Of a stretch of DNA of 64,000 bases, positions 1-9,829 are shown piece by piece. The stretch spans positions 81,466 through 145,465 of the forward strand of contig CAWJUE010000005.1 of assembly GCA_963846015.1 (NCBI GenBank), read 5' to 3'. The position numbers and the translations under genes are program-made. Under the pieces are notes generated by a model that was not told the origin of the DNA, made no database searches, and saw nothing but the letters and a program-made list of their open reading frames with translations. The number at the start of each line of letters is the position of its first letter. Positions within the stretch are counted from its first letter, which is position 1. This DNA is from an uncultured Solirubrobacteraceae bacterium. GTDB lineage: Bacteria > Actinomycetota > Thermoleophilia > Solirubrobacterales > Solirubrobacteraceae.

Positions 1-3000
1 TCAGGCGCGGAGGACGCGACCAGGGACGCGATCGCCGTGCGGACGTCGTCACCGCGACCGCGGCCGATCGTCACCGCTCGAAGGTCGCGATCAGGGTGCG
101 CGGCACTCGCGGCGACCAGCGCTACCCAGGCGGCCAGTCGCTGCTTGTAGCCCAGTCGCGAGTAGCTGACGTTGAGCAGCACGTCGCCGTGGGGGGCCGG
201 GACGGTGCCGGTCAGCAAACGTCCGTCGCTCAGCCGAACGCGGATGTCGAGCGGGCCGCCGCCGCTCGCCTGGCCCGCACGTACTCGAGCGCGGCGATGG
301 CGAGCGCGTCGGCCATCGGCTCGACGCCGTCGACGATCCGCTTGCCGAGCATGCCGGGCGGCAGCAGGCCGCGGTCGATCTCGGCCAGGCAGGCGGCACG
401 GCGGTCGGCGCCGCGCAGCCGCGCCTGCAACAGCCGCTCGCCGACGCCCCAGCGCTCGAGCGGGTCGAGCTCGATCGAGAGCGCATCGGAGACGTCGTCG
501 TCGTAGCGGCGGGTGCGGATCCCGAGCCGCTGGCGCAGGAAGGCGCGCACCGGGTGCCGACGAACGCGATCAGGTCCGCCAATTCGACGACGTTCTCGTT
601 GCGCGCCGGCAGCGGCGCCGCGCAGGAACGGCGCCGGCGACGGCACGCGGACCCTCGAGCGCGCAGGCGCCATCGAGCGCGTCGCGGTCGAAGCTCCACG
701 GCGTGCTCGCCAGCGATCGCGCCCGTCACGAAGTTGCGTGGATCGAACGGCTGCAGCGGATGCGTGATCGACGACCCGCTCGACTCGCCGGGCCTCCGTC
801 GGGGCAGCGGGCGGTCGGCGTCGATCGCGTCCAGCAGCTCGCCAACGGGGACCGCGGGCGGCGCGGCGCTTGTTCGTCCGCTCGTCGTGGCCGGTGTAGG
901 TGACGATCAGCTCGCTCAGCGGCGGCCATCAGCGCGTCGAGCAGCAGCTGGCGGTCCTCGGAGCGGGGGTCGCGCTCGCCGATCCAGGGGTCGTCGAGCA
1001 ACAGATCGTCGCCATCGCGCGGGGCCTTGCGGGGGAACGCGTCGTCCTCGAGCCCGAGCAGGCAGACGATTCGGTGCGGCACCGAGCGCATCGGTTCGAG
1101 CGTGCAGACGGTGAGGTGCCCGGTGCGGAAGTTCGCGCGCGTCGGCCGCCCCTCCAGCCGCGCTCTGAGGTGCGCGGCGATCTCGCCCGGGCTCAGCTGC
1201 AGCGCCGCGGTTCCGGGTATGCCGTCGGCCTCGGCGACGAGTTCGTCGAGCATGCGCTGTAGCTCGTTGCGCTGCCAGCGGTCGCGGTCCGAGCTTGCCG
1301 TCAGCGCGTCGGCGGCCTCGGCGAGCGCGTGTGCCCAGTCGGTCAGGGGCTGCGTCCGTGACAGCGCATCGAGTGCCACGGTCAGCCGCTCGACGAGCTC
1401 GGACAGCCGGCCGGCGAGGTCGATCGCGCGACTGTCGACATCGTCCAGCGGGAGCACCCGATGAAAGCTGCGCTCGTCCTCGGCCATGGTGACGCCGACG
1501 AGCACACGGTCGAGCCCGAGCTCCCAGGTGCCGTCAGCGACGCGTTTGAAGGCTGTAGACGGTGCGGTGTGCCGCGTCAAGCCCCCAGCGGACACCGGAC
1601 GCGCGGACCCAGTCCTGGATCTGGGTGAGATCGTCGTCGTCAAACCCGAATCGGCGGCGCACTGGCTCCCGATCGGCGAGGTCGAGCACCTGAGATGACG
1701 GTCAAACGGGCGCCGACCAACTCCAGCAGCGCCGCGATCGTGCCCAGCACCGGGTTGGTCTGGTGCAGCGCCCGGTCAGCGAGGCGCACGCGTAGGTCGG
1801 CGCCGTCGCGGTGGATGTCGCCGTTCGGACGGGCTGCGTCTGGCTCGCCGTCATCGGGCGAACGCTCCCCGGCGCCGAAGGTGGCACCGATCAACGGCGC
1901 GAACGTCTCGATGTCGGGGCACATCACGATCACGTCACGCGGCTCGAGCGTGGATCGGACTCGAGCGCGTGCTGGATCGCGTCGCGCAGCACCTCGACCT
2001 GCCGCAGGCGGCCGTGGCAGGAGTGGATCTCGACCGAACGGTCGCTCTCGTCCAATTCGAGCCGTTGGTCGGGCTCTGTGCCCACGGGTGGTCCGAGCGT
2101 TGCGCGGTCGTGCCGGATGTCGTCCTGGAGGCGCCCGAGCAGCGTCGGCGTGGCGAGCTCATCGTCCTCCTCGTGGTCCTCGAAGCCGGTCCCGCCGCGC
2201 AACAGGACCAGTTCCATCTCGCGGGAGTCGCGGCCCCAGGACGCCAGTAACCGGTTGACGGCCAGCTGGGCGGTCTCATCGTCGGCTCGGCTTGGACTCG
2301 GGGCTACGGGCGCTACTGCGAGCCGCCGCCACAGCGCCGACGACGGGTGCAGCAGGAACAGGTGGACGTCACGGTGCGTGGCCAGGGCCCGCAGAATCTG
2401 CAGCTGACCGGCCGGCAGGCGCGTCAGCCCGAACAACGAGATCCGTTCGGGCAAGTCGGCCAGCGACGGGTCGGCGATCAGCCGGTCGCGCGCCTGCGAG
2501 ACGGCGCTCGGCCGGGCTGGGGACCGCGATCCGCGCCCGCAGCCGGCGCCACAGCTCCGCCTGCCACACGGCCTCGGGGCGCAACGGCGCGCCGGACGCG
2601 TCGTGATCGTCGCCCTTGAGCCACGCCTCCAGCATCGCCGGTCGGTGCATCGCGTAGCGGTCGAACAGGGTGGCGAGGTGGCCGACGACGCTGAGCCGGC
2701 GCGACCGCTTGTAAGGAGCTCGTCGTCGACACCGCCCAGATACGTGGCAAGTGCGGCCAGCCACGTCCTCCGCGCAGCGACTCGTCGACGATCGCCAGCA
2801 GCGGCCAGACGGCTCGCTCCGGTAGCCACGGATCCCGCGCCGGGTCGATCTCGCAGGCGGCCGCAGCGGCATCGGTGGTCAGCCGATGGGGGGTGGGGAA
2901 CAGGACGTTGGCGCAGATGCCATCCGCACGCTCAGGCGTTGCGCCGAGCACGGCCGACATGTGCTGGGTGAGCCACCGCTCCATGCCGCGGGTCGGCACC

Positions 3001-3104
3001 GCCACGACGTCCGCGGCGAACGGGTCGGCCGGGGCCTGGGCGAGCATCGCGGCGAGCGCCGACGCAAGTCGGTCGGCACGTGGGGCTCGGTGAACATGCA
3101 GCAC
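1..3104 (-). CDS. recC: Exodeoxyribonuclease V gamma subunit (RecC), several frameshifts, continues past left edge
   Basis: RecC segments in successive frames: MLHVHRAPRADRLA..DPFAADVVAVPTRGMERWL, SVEIHSCHGRLRQVEVLRD, IVMCPDIETFAPLI, NFRTGHLTVCTLEPMRSVPHRIVCLLGL, HPVRAFLRQRLG. Confidence 0.92.
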
Positions 3105-3174
3105 CTACTCAGCGTATCCGGGGGCTCGCCGGCGCCAATCGGGCACCGGACGCGCGCCGACGGTGCATTTTGCC

Positions 3175-3203
3175 TTGCAATTGCTCAGCGGTTCAGTTAC
3201 CTT
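3175..3203 (+). promoter_or_regulatory. Sigma70-type promoter TTGCAA-N17-TACCTT
   Basis: -35 at 3175-3180, 17-nt spacer, -10 at 3198-3203, in an AT-richer patch divergent from recC. Confidence 0.65.
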
Positions 3204-3234
3204 TTCTGCCGCCCCGACTGGAGTACCGATCTCA

Positions 3235-3369
3235 ATGGCAACCCTTTTCCACATCCCCACGACCGACCGCCTCGCCGCGCTGCGCGGCGTGCGCGCGCCG
3301 GCGTTTGCGCGGCGCGTCCACGGTCGAAGGATGAAGACGATCGTCCCTGCAGGGAGGCGCGCGCGCTAG
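3235..3369 (+). CDS. Putative 44-aa Arg-rich leader peptide (uORF)
   Basis: GGAG at 3220-3223, ATG 3235; MATLFHIPTTDRLAALRGVRAPAFARRVHGRRMKTIVPAGRRAR*; ends just before a terminator. Confidence 0.55.
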   Translation: MATLFHIPTTDRLAALRGVRAPAFARRVHGRRMKTIVPAGRRAR

Positions 3370-3408
3370 ATACGCGCACGCGCATACCAACTCCCACGCA
3401 CGGGCGAT
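3340..3408 (+). promoter_or_regulatory. Putative antiterminator hairpin
   Basis: ATCGTCCCTGCAGGGAG (3340-3356) can pair with CTCCCACGCACGGGCGAT (3391-3408), which sequesters the 5' arm of the terminator; the uORF stop codon lies in the loop. Confidence 0.55.
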
Positions 3409-3429
3409 CCGCAAGGGTCGCCCTTTTTT
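3402..3429 (+). terminator. Intrinsic terminator (attenuator)
   Basis: GGGCGATCC-GCAA-GGGTCGCCC followed by TTTTTT. Confidence 0.85.
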
Positions 3430-3466
3430 GTGCCCTTTTTCGAGTTCAAACGCCAGGAGGTAACCG

Positions 3467-3490
3467 ATGTCGAAGATTCCAGCGAACTAA
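3467..3490 (+). CDS. 7-codon micro-ORF MSKIPAN
   Basis: Perfect AGGAGG at 3455-3460, 6 nt before ATG 3467; TAA at 3488-3490. Confidence 0.4.
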   Translation: MSKIPAN

Positions 3491-3493
3491 TCA

Positions 3494-3577
3494 GAGCCCA
3501 GCTGGGCTCAAAGCAAGCATCGCAGTGCGGATAGCCGCAGGGTGACGCCCGGCAACGGGTGACACTCGCGGCTATCC
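3494..3577 (+). ncRNA. Candidate structured RNA element
   Basis: Palindrome GAGCCCAGCTGGGCTC (3494-3509); long hairpin GGATAGCCGC (3529-3538)/GCGGCTATCC (3568-3577) capped by GCCCG-GCAA-CGGGT. Confidence 0.4.
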
Positions 3578-3623
3578 AAGAACAGCCGTGACATTGACAT
3601 CCGTTTGATTGGAAGGATTACCC

Positions 3624-3867
3624 ATGTATCAAGATCGCGACGAGCTCCTGGCGTTCGCTCGCTACGGAAGGCTGCCGCGCCCGCCCGACGCGCCCCCGCG
3701 TCGCGCGCCAGCGGCCGGATTGGGGCTGGCGCTGGCGCCGGCGGCCCGCACCGATGCGCCGCCCGGGCGGCTCGCGCCCGGCCCGGCGCCCGGCGCAGCC
3801 GGCACCGCTGGACATCCACGAGTACCTCGAACTCGAGTTCGCCGTCGGCCAGGAGAGCCGGCGGTGA
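3624..3867 (+). CDS. Small hypothetical protein (~80 aa, one probable frameshift)
   Basis: GGAAGG RBS at 3611-3616; N-terminus MYQDRDELLAFARYGRLPRPP, Pro/Ala linker, then QPAPLDIHEYLELEFAVGQESRR* in the +1 frame. Confidence 0.5.
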
Positions 3868-3897
3868 ACTCGGGCCGGGGCCGCTTTCGAACTGCGG

Positions 3898-4903
3898 CTA
3901 CGTGCTGTCGCCGAAGCGCTCGCGCAGGCGCGGCAGCACGTCGTCGCAGAAGCCGCGCAGGAATCGCTCCTGGTCGTCGCCGGGACCGTGGAAGACCAGA
4001 TGGCTGAAGCCGAGCTCGACGTAGGGGGCGATCAGCTCGACGACTTCATCGGGGTCGTCTGAGCAGATGAACCGGGACGGGGCACGATCGAGGATCTTGT
4101 CGGCCGCCTGCTCCATCTCGATCGGGTCGTCGATCCCGGACTTCTCGTCGGGCGTCAGCGCCAGCGGCGCCCAGAACGCACACGCGTTCTGCGCGTGCTC
4201 CAGGTCCTGGTCGTAGCTGACCTTGATCTCGATGAACTTGTCGATCGCGGCGACGTCACGACCGGCGGCCTGCGCGCCCTCGGCGAGGTTGGCCAGCAGC
4301 TCCTGGTAGAGCTCGGGCTTCTTGCCCGAGGTCGCGATGAACCCATCGCCGGCGCGCCCGGCCAGCTTGGCGGCCAGCGGCCCCGAGGCCGCGACGTAGA
4401 TCGGGATCGGCTGCTCCGGCTTGTCGTAGATCGTCGCGCGGTCGGTCCGGTAGTACTCGCCCTCGAACGTCACCCGGTCCTCGGTCCACAGCTGGCGGAT
4501 CAGCGTGATCGCCTCGCGCAGCATCATCCGCCGCTGCTTGGCGCCGGGCCAGGGCGCCGCGGTGGCGGGCGTCTCGTTCAGCGCCTCGCCGGTCCCGACC
4601 CCGAGGAAGATCCGCCCGGGGAACAGACAGCCGAGCGTCGCGAAGTTCTGGGCGATGATCGACGGGTGGTAGCGCATCGTCGGCGTCAGCACGCTCGTGC
4701 CCAGCAGCGCGTCCGGGGATCGTCGCGCCGGCGGCACCCAGCCACGGCAGCACGGCGGGGGTGTGGCCGCCGTGGTGGCGCCACGGCTGGAAGTGGTCGG
4801 AGATCGCGACCGTCTCCAGGCCGAGCGAGGCAGCGAGCCGCGAGTAGTCGAGCAGCCGCTGGGGGTCGAACTGCTCGGCGGACGCCTTGTATCCGTATCG
4901 CAT
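3898..4903 (-). CDS. fgd: F420-dependent glucose-6-phosphate dehydrogenase (frameshift ~4720)
   Basis: MRYGYKASAEQF, SDHFQPWRH, TPTMRYHPSIIAQNFATLGCLFPGRIFLGVGTGEALNE, GDGFIATSGK. Confidence 0.88.
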
Positions 4904-4914
4904 ACGAATCCTTT

Positions 4915-7307
4915 CTACGCCGCCGCCGCGACTTCGTGCTCCGGGGTTCCGTACAACGTCGTGCGCTGACGCAGCGTGCGCCCGAGCGAGCCGACGAGGC
5001 GCTGGACCTCGTCGACGTCGAGCGACTGCCCGTGCGAGGCGCCCGCCGCGCGCGAGATGTTCTCGTCCATCAGCGTGCCGCCGGCGTCGTTGACGCCCGC
5101 CTGCAGCAGCTGCGCGAGGCCGCCGAGCCCGAGCTTGACCCACGAGGCCTGGATGTTGTCGATGTCCCCGTGATAGGCGATCCGGCCGACGGCGTGCATC
5201 AGGATGACCTCCCGGAAGGTCGGTCCGCGCCGGGCCGCGTGCTTCAGATAGATCGGCGACGCCATGTGCACGAACGGCAGCGGCACGAACTCGGTGAAGC
5301 CGCCGGTCTCCCGCTGCAGCGCACGGGTGCGCAGCAGGTGGCGCGCCCAGGACACCGGCTGCTCGACGGCGCCGAACATGATCGTGACGTTCGAGCGCAG
5401 ACCGACCGAGTGCGCCGTCCGGTGGGCCTCCAGCCACTCCTCGGTGTTGACCTTGTCCGGGCAGAGGATCGCGCGGACCGGATCGTCGAGGATCTCGGCG
5501 GCGGTGCCCGGCAGCGAGCGCAGTCCGGCAGCTTTCAGCCGCGTCAGGTATTCGGCCAGCGGCTCGCCCAGCCGGCGCGCGCCCTCGGTGACCTCGAGCG
5601 CCGTGAACCCGTGGAGGTGCAACTCGGGCACCGACTCGGCGACGGCGCGGGCGATCCGCTCGTATGTGTCGCCGTCGAAGCTTGGGTGAATGCCGCCCTG
5701 CAGGCAGACCTCGGTCGCGCCCGCCGCGTGCGCCTCCCGTGCGCGCCCGACGATCTCCTCGTCGGTGAGCAGATACGGGGTGCCGCGCAGGTTCAGGCTC
5801 AGCGGCCCCTTGGCGAACGCGCAGAACTGGCATTTGAACGTGCACAGGTTCGTGTAGTTGATGTTCCGCGTGCGCACGAAGGTGACCGTCTCGCCCGTCG
5901 CCTGCTTGCGCAGCTCGTCGGCGAGCGCGGCCACCGCGGCGACTTCGGGCCCGCGCGCGGAGAACAACGTGACGAGCTCGTCCTCGCCGGTCTCCTGGCC
6001 GAGCTGTACGCCTTCGATCACCTCGCGCACCGGCCCTCGGGGAATCCGGAAAGCGGCCTCGATATCGGGAACGAGCAGGGGCGGCGGGGCATCCCCGCCG
6101 GAGCACCAAGCGGTGCTGCGCCGGCCCGTCAGCCGCACTTCGGCACCGTCGCCGGCGTTGGCGACGTCGGCGAACCGCTGCGGCAGGATCGTCCCCGGGT
6201 CATCGCGAGCCAGCCCCTCGGCGTCGGACCGGTCGAGCACCGGGAAGCGAACGCGCTCGTCGAGCCAGCGTTCGGGCTGCGAGGCCGTGCGACGGCCGAA
6301 CCGTCAGTCGCGGCGCCAGGACATGCCCGGACCGCTCGGTCGCATCGCGCAGCTTTTGGAGTGATGGCCAGGGGCGCTCGGGGTTGACGTGGTCGGCGGT
6401 CACCGGCGAGACGCCACCCCAGTCGTCGATCCCGGCCGCGATCAGCGGCCCGAGGTCGTCGGCGAGGTTCGGCGGCGCCTGCACGGAGATGTCGGGCGGC
6501 AGGATCAGCCGCGCCAGCGCGATCGCGTCGAGATGATCGGACGGCGGGCACGCCGGGTGATCGCGCATCCCGGTGCCGGGCTTGGGGAGGAAGTTCTGGA
6601 CGATCACCTCCTGCACGTGGCCGTGGCGCGCGTGGCTGGCGGCGATCGCCGCCAGCGCCTCGATCCGGTCCTCCCGGTTCTCGCCGATGCCGACGAGGAT
6701 CCCGGTCGTGTACGGGATCTGCAGCCGGCCGGCGGCCTCGAGCGTCTGCCAGTCGTCTGGTCGGATGCTTGTCGGGAGCGCCCCGGTGGCAGGGGAGATC
6801 GGCGCGCAGCGTCTCGATCATCATTCCCTGGGAGGCGCTGACCGTGCGCAGCCGCGCCAGCTCGGCCTCGGAGATCGCGCCGGCGTTGGCGTGGGGGAGC
6901 AGGCCGGTCTCCGTGAGCACCAGCTCGCACATCTCGACCAGGTAATCGATCGTCGTCGCGTGGCCGCGCTCGGCCAGCCACTCTCGCGCGACGTCCCATT
7001 TCGTCTCGGGTGCCTCGCCGAGCGTGAACAGCGCCTCGTGGCAGCCGGCGGTCGCGCCCGCGGTCGCGATTTCGAGCACCTGCTCAGGCGACAGGAACGG
7101 CGCCGCCAGACGCTTCGGCGGCTGCGCGAACGTGCAGTACTGACAGCCGTCGCGGCACAGCTGCGTGAGCGGGATGAACACCTTGGGCGAGAACGTCACC
7201 CGCGTACCGAACGCCTCGTCGCGGGCGGCCGCCGCCTGCGCACGGAGCTCTGATGGCGCGAGCGCGGAGACCTCGGCCGCCGCCCCTTCGGTCCGCTGCG
7301 GCGTCAT
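4915..7307 (-). CDS. fbiC: FO synthase, fused CofG-CofH radical SAM protein (frameshifts)
   Basis: Two CxxxCxxC motifs: VTFSPKVFIPLTQLCRDGCQYC (CofG) and RNINYTNLCTFKCQFCAF (CofH); QAPPNL, DDWGGVSP, NIQASWVKLG, GGTLMDENISRAAG. Confidence 0.9.
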
Positions 7308-7379
7308 CGCCAGACCTCCATGACGTGTGATGCTAGGAACACGGCGGCGGTCACCCGAAAGGCGCCGGTCTGATATGCC

Positions 7380-7399
7380 ATTTAGCTCACATGCTAAAT
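7380..7399. promoter_or_regulatory. Inverted-repeat operator for the ArsR/SdpR repressor
   Basis: ATTTAGC-N6-GCTAAAT just upstream of ATG 7408. Confidence 0.65.
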
Positions 7400-7407
7400 T
7401 GCTTGAG

Positions 7408-7728
7408 ATGACGATCGCGAACGGCTATCGCGCGCTGGCTGACCCGTCCCGGCGCGAGATCCTGCGACTGCTGCGCGAAGGCGACCTGCCGGCCGGCGAG
7501 CTGGCGGCGCAGTTCGAGATCTCGTGGCCGTCGGTGTCACGGCATCTCCGCGTGCTCGAGGAGGCCGGGCTGGTCAGGTCCAGGCGGCACGGCGGCAACA
7601 TCATCTACTCGCTGCAGACCTCGGTGCTGCAGGACATCGTCGCCGAGCTTGCCGACCTCACCGGGCTCGGCCGCGACAGCCCCGAACCGCATGTCGCCGC
7701 CGCGACGCGCCGGCCCCAACGAGCGTGA
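7408..7728 (+). CDS. ArsR family repressor (SdpR-like)
   Basis: YRALADPSRREILRLLREGDLPAGELAAQFEISWPSVSRHLRVLEEAGLV..IIYSLQTSVLQD. Confidence 0.88.
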   Translation: MTIANGYRALADPSRREILRLLREGDLPAGELAAQFEISWPSVSRHLRVLEEAGLVRSRRHGGNIIYSLQTSVLQDIVAELADLTGLGRDSPEPHVAAATRRPQRA

Positions 7729-7733
7729 TCGGG

Positions 7734-7970
7734 ATGATCGGCAAGCTCGTTCGAGACTTCAGGGGACTTTCGCCGGTCAAGCAGGCGGCGATCGTGGCGA
7801 TCACCGCCTGGAACTGGTGGCTGTCGGGGTCCGCGGAGCTGAGCATTCAGCGGACGCCCACGGAGCGTCTCCGCGGGCCGAAGCTCCTGTGGCGATTGGC
7901 CTGCCTGACGAACACGGTCGGTCCGCTCGTGTACTTCCGCTGGGGTCATCGTGAGGAGACGAGCTCGTGA
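7734..7970 (+). CDS. Small membrane protein, PLDc N-terminal-like domain
   Basis: Hydrophobic helix then RTPTERLRGPKLLWRLACLTNTVGPLVYFRWG. Confidence 0.65.
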   Translation: MIGKLVRDFRGLSPVKQAAIVAITAWNWWLSGSAELSIQRTPTERLRGPKLLWRLACLTNTVGPLVYFRWGHREETSS

Positions 7971-8189
7971 CCGGGCTCGTGATCCTGCTGGCGCTGGTGA
8001 TGGCCGCCTCGTTCTCCGCCGGCTGGGTGCTGCGCGATGCGCAGGCGCGCGGGCATCCCGACCCGCAAGGCGTTCACCTGGGCGGCGTTGCAGTTCGTCG
8101 AGTTCCCCGTGTTCCTGTGGCTCTACCGGCGGATCCGCCCGAGGCGCCGGCTGGACGCGCCGACCAGCTCGCTGCCCGACGAACGCTGA
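7967..8189 (+). CDS. Small two-TM membrane protein (frameshift ~8060)
   Basis: GTGA overlap and GAGGAG RBS; MTGLVILLALVMAASFSAGWVLRDAQARG then RKAFTWAALQFVEFPVFLWLYRR in another frame. Confidence 0.55.
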
Positions 8190-8241
8190 CGTCAGACGAA
8201 ACCCTGAGGGCTCCGGGCGCCTCGACGAACGCTGACGTCAG
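8177..8241. repeat. 19-bp direct repeat
   Basis: CGACGAACGCTGACGTCAG at 8177-8195 and 8223-8241, between convergent genes. Confidence 0.75.
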
Positions 8242-9739
8242 TCGGCCCCGGCGGCGACCGGTTCTCCCTGGCTCGCCGCCTGCACGTGCGCGCGGCTGTC
8301 GGCCGAGGAGATCAGTCACCGCCGCGAGGATCGCCCCGACGATCGCGAACCCGGCGCCGATCAGGAACGCGCGGTCAAAGCCCTTGGTCAGCGCGACCGC
8401 GTGGTCGACGCCCCGCGGCGTGCAGGAGGTCAAGCGTGCGGGAGTTGGCGATCGTCGCGAGGATCGCCAGCCCGAGCGCGCCACCGACCTGCTGGGACGT
8501 GTTGATCAGCCCGGACGCGAGCCCGGACTCGTTCGGTTGGATCCCGCTCACGGCGGCGATTGTGACCGGGACGAACGCGAGCCCGAGCCCGACCGCGGCC
8601 AGCAGCGACGGCCCGAGCACGTCGGAGTAGAAGTGTCCGCCGTGGCCCGGCACACGGGAGAACCAGATCAGGCCGCCGGCGATGAACAGCATCCCGACGA
8701 TCAACGGGGTCTTGAAGCCGAGCTTGGTCACGAGCGCCGAGGCGAGCCCGGCGCTGAGGATGATCCCGACCGCCAGCGGCAGGTAGGCGATCCCGGTCTG
8801 AATCGGCGAGTAGCCGAGCACGTCCTGCAGGTAGAGCGAGATGAAGAAGAACATCGAGAACAGCGACATGCCGACCAGCAGCCCGACGACGTTCGCGCCC
8901 CGCAGAGTCCGCAGCCGGAAGATCGAGAACGGCACCAGCGGATCTCGACGGCGCAGCTCGATCGTGACGAACGCGATCAGCAGGAGCACCGCGACGATCA
9001 GGCAGACGATCGTCCGCGTCGCGCCCCAGCCGACGTTGACGGCTTCGACGACCGCGTAGACGAGCAGCGCCAGACCGCCGGTGACGGCCACCGCACCGGG
9101 GATGTCGAATGAGTGGGGTGGGTGGGATCCAATATCACGACGGCTTTCACGCAGCGTGCGCGGCGCCAGCGCGGCCGCGGCGATCCCGATCGGGACGTTG
9201 ACGAACAGCACCCAGCGCCAGCTCAGTCCGCTGGTCAGGATTCCGCCGAGCAGCACGCCCGCGGCACCGCCGGCGCCCGCGACCGCGCCCCAGATGCCGA
9301 GCGCGCGGTTGCGCTCCGGGCCGTCGGCGAACGTGTTGGTGATGATCGACAGCGCGGCGGGGGAGACGATTGCGGCACCGAGGCCCTGGACGGCGCGGGC
9401 CGCGATCAGCCACGCCTCGGACTGCGCCAAGCCGCCGAGCAGCGATGCCAGCGAGAACACGACCAGCCCGAGCATGAACATCTTCCGGCGCCCGAGCAGA
9501 TCGGCCATCCGGCCGCCGAGCAGCAGAAACCCGCCGAACGTCAACGTGTAGGCGTTGACGACCCAGGTGAGGTTGTCCTGGGAGAAGTGCAGGTGCGAGC
9601 CGATCGACGGCAGCGCGACGTTGACGATCGACGCGTCGATCACGATCACGAACTGCGTCATCGCGAGCAGCAGCAGCGCCCGGTTCTTGGCCCGGTCGCT
9701 CATCGCGGGTTCGCGGTCGGTGCTCAGCAGCGAGCTCAT
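8238..9739 (-). CDS. DHA2 (EmrB/QacA) MFS efflux transporter, C-terminal frameshifts
   Basis: DASIVNVALPSI, WVVNAYTLTFGGFLLLGGRMADLLGRR, WRWVLFVNVPIG. Confidence 0.9.
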
Positions 9740-9764
9740 CGTTAGTCCACCAGTCTCGTCGGAT

Positions 9765-9816
9765 TCAATCGCATGTCGCCAGTCTGCCTGCGATTGAGGT
9801 CGACTTCGGTCCTCAA
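9765..9816. promoter_or_regulatory. Inverted repeats upstream of the MFS gene (possible operators)
   Basis: TCAATCGCA..TGCGATTGA (9765-9797) and TTGAGG-N11-CCTCAA (9794-9816). Confidence 0.35.
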
Positions 9817-9829
9817 GGCGAAGTGACGC

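Noticed and set aside
3440-3580. tRNA or tRNA-like Y RNA (GTTCAAA at ~3444)
   Set aside because: No T-stem pairing or cloverleaf around the motif.
3594-3624. Internal promoter from TTGACA at 3594-3599
   Set aside because: No -10 element at an acceptable spacing.
4195-6387. Long antisense or alternate-frame ORFs (also 17808-19835, 36015-37973, 45964-47961, 55829-57898)
   Set aside because: Arg/Ala/Pro-rich shadows of real genes, expected at this GC content.
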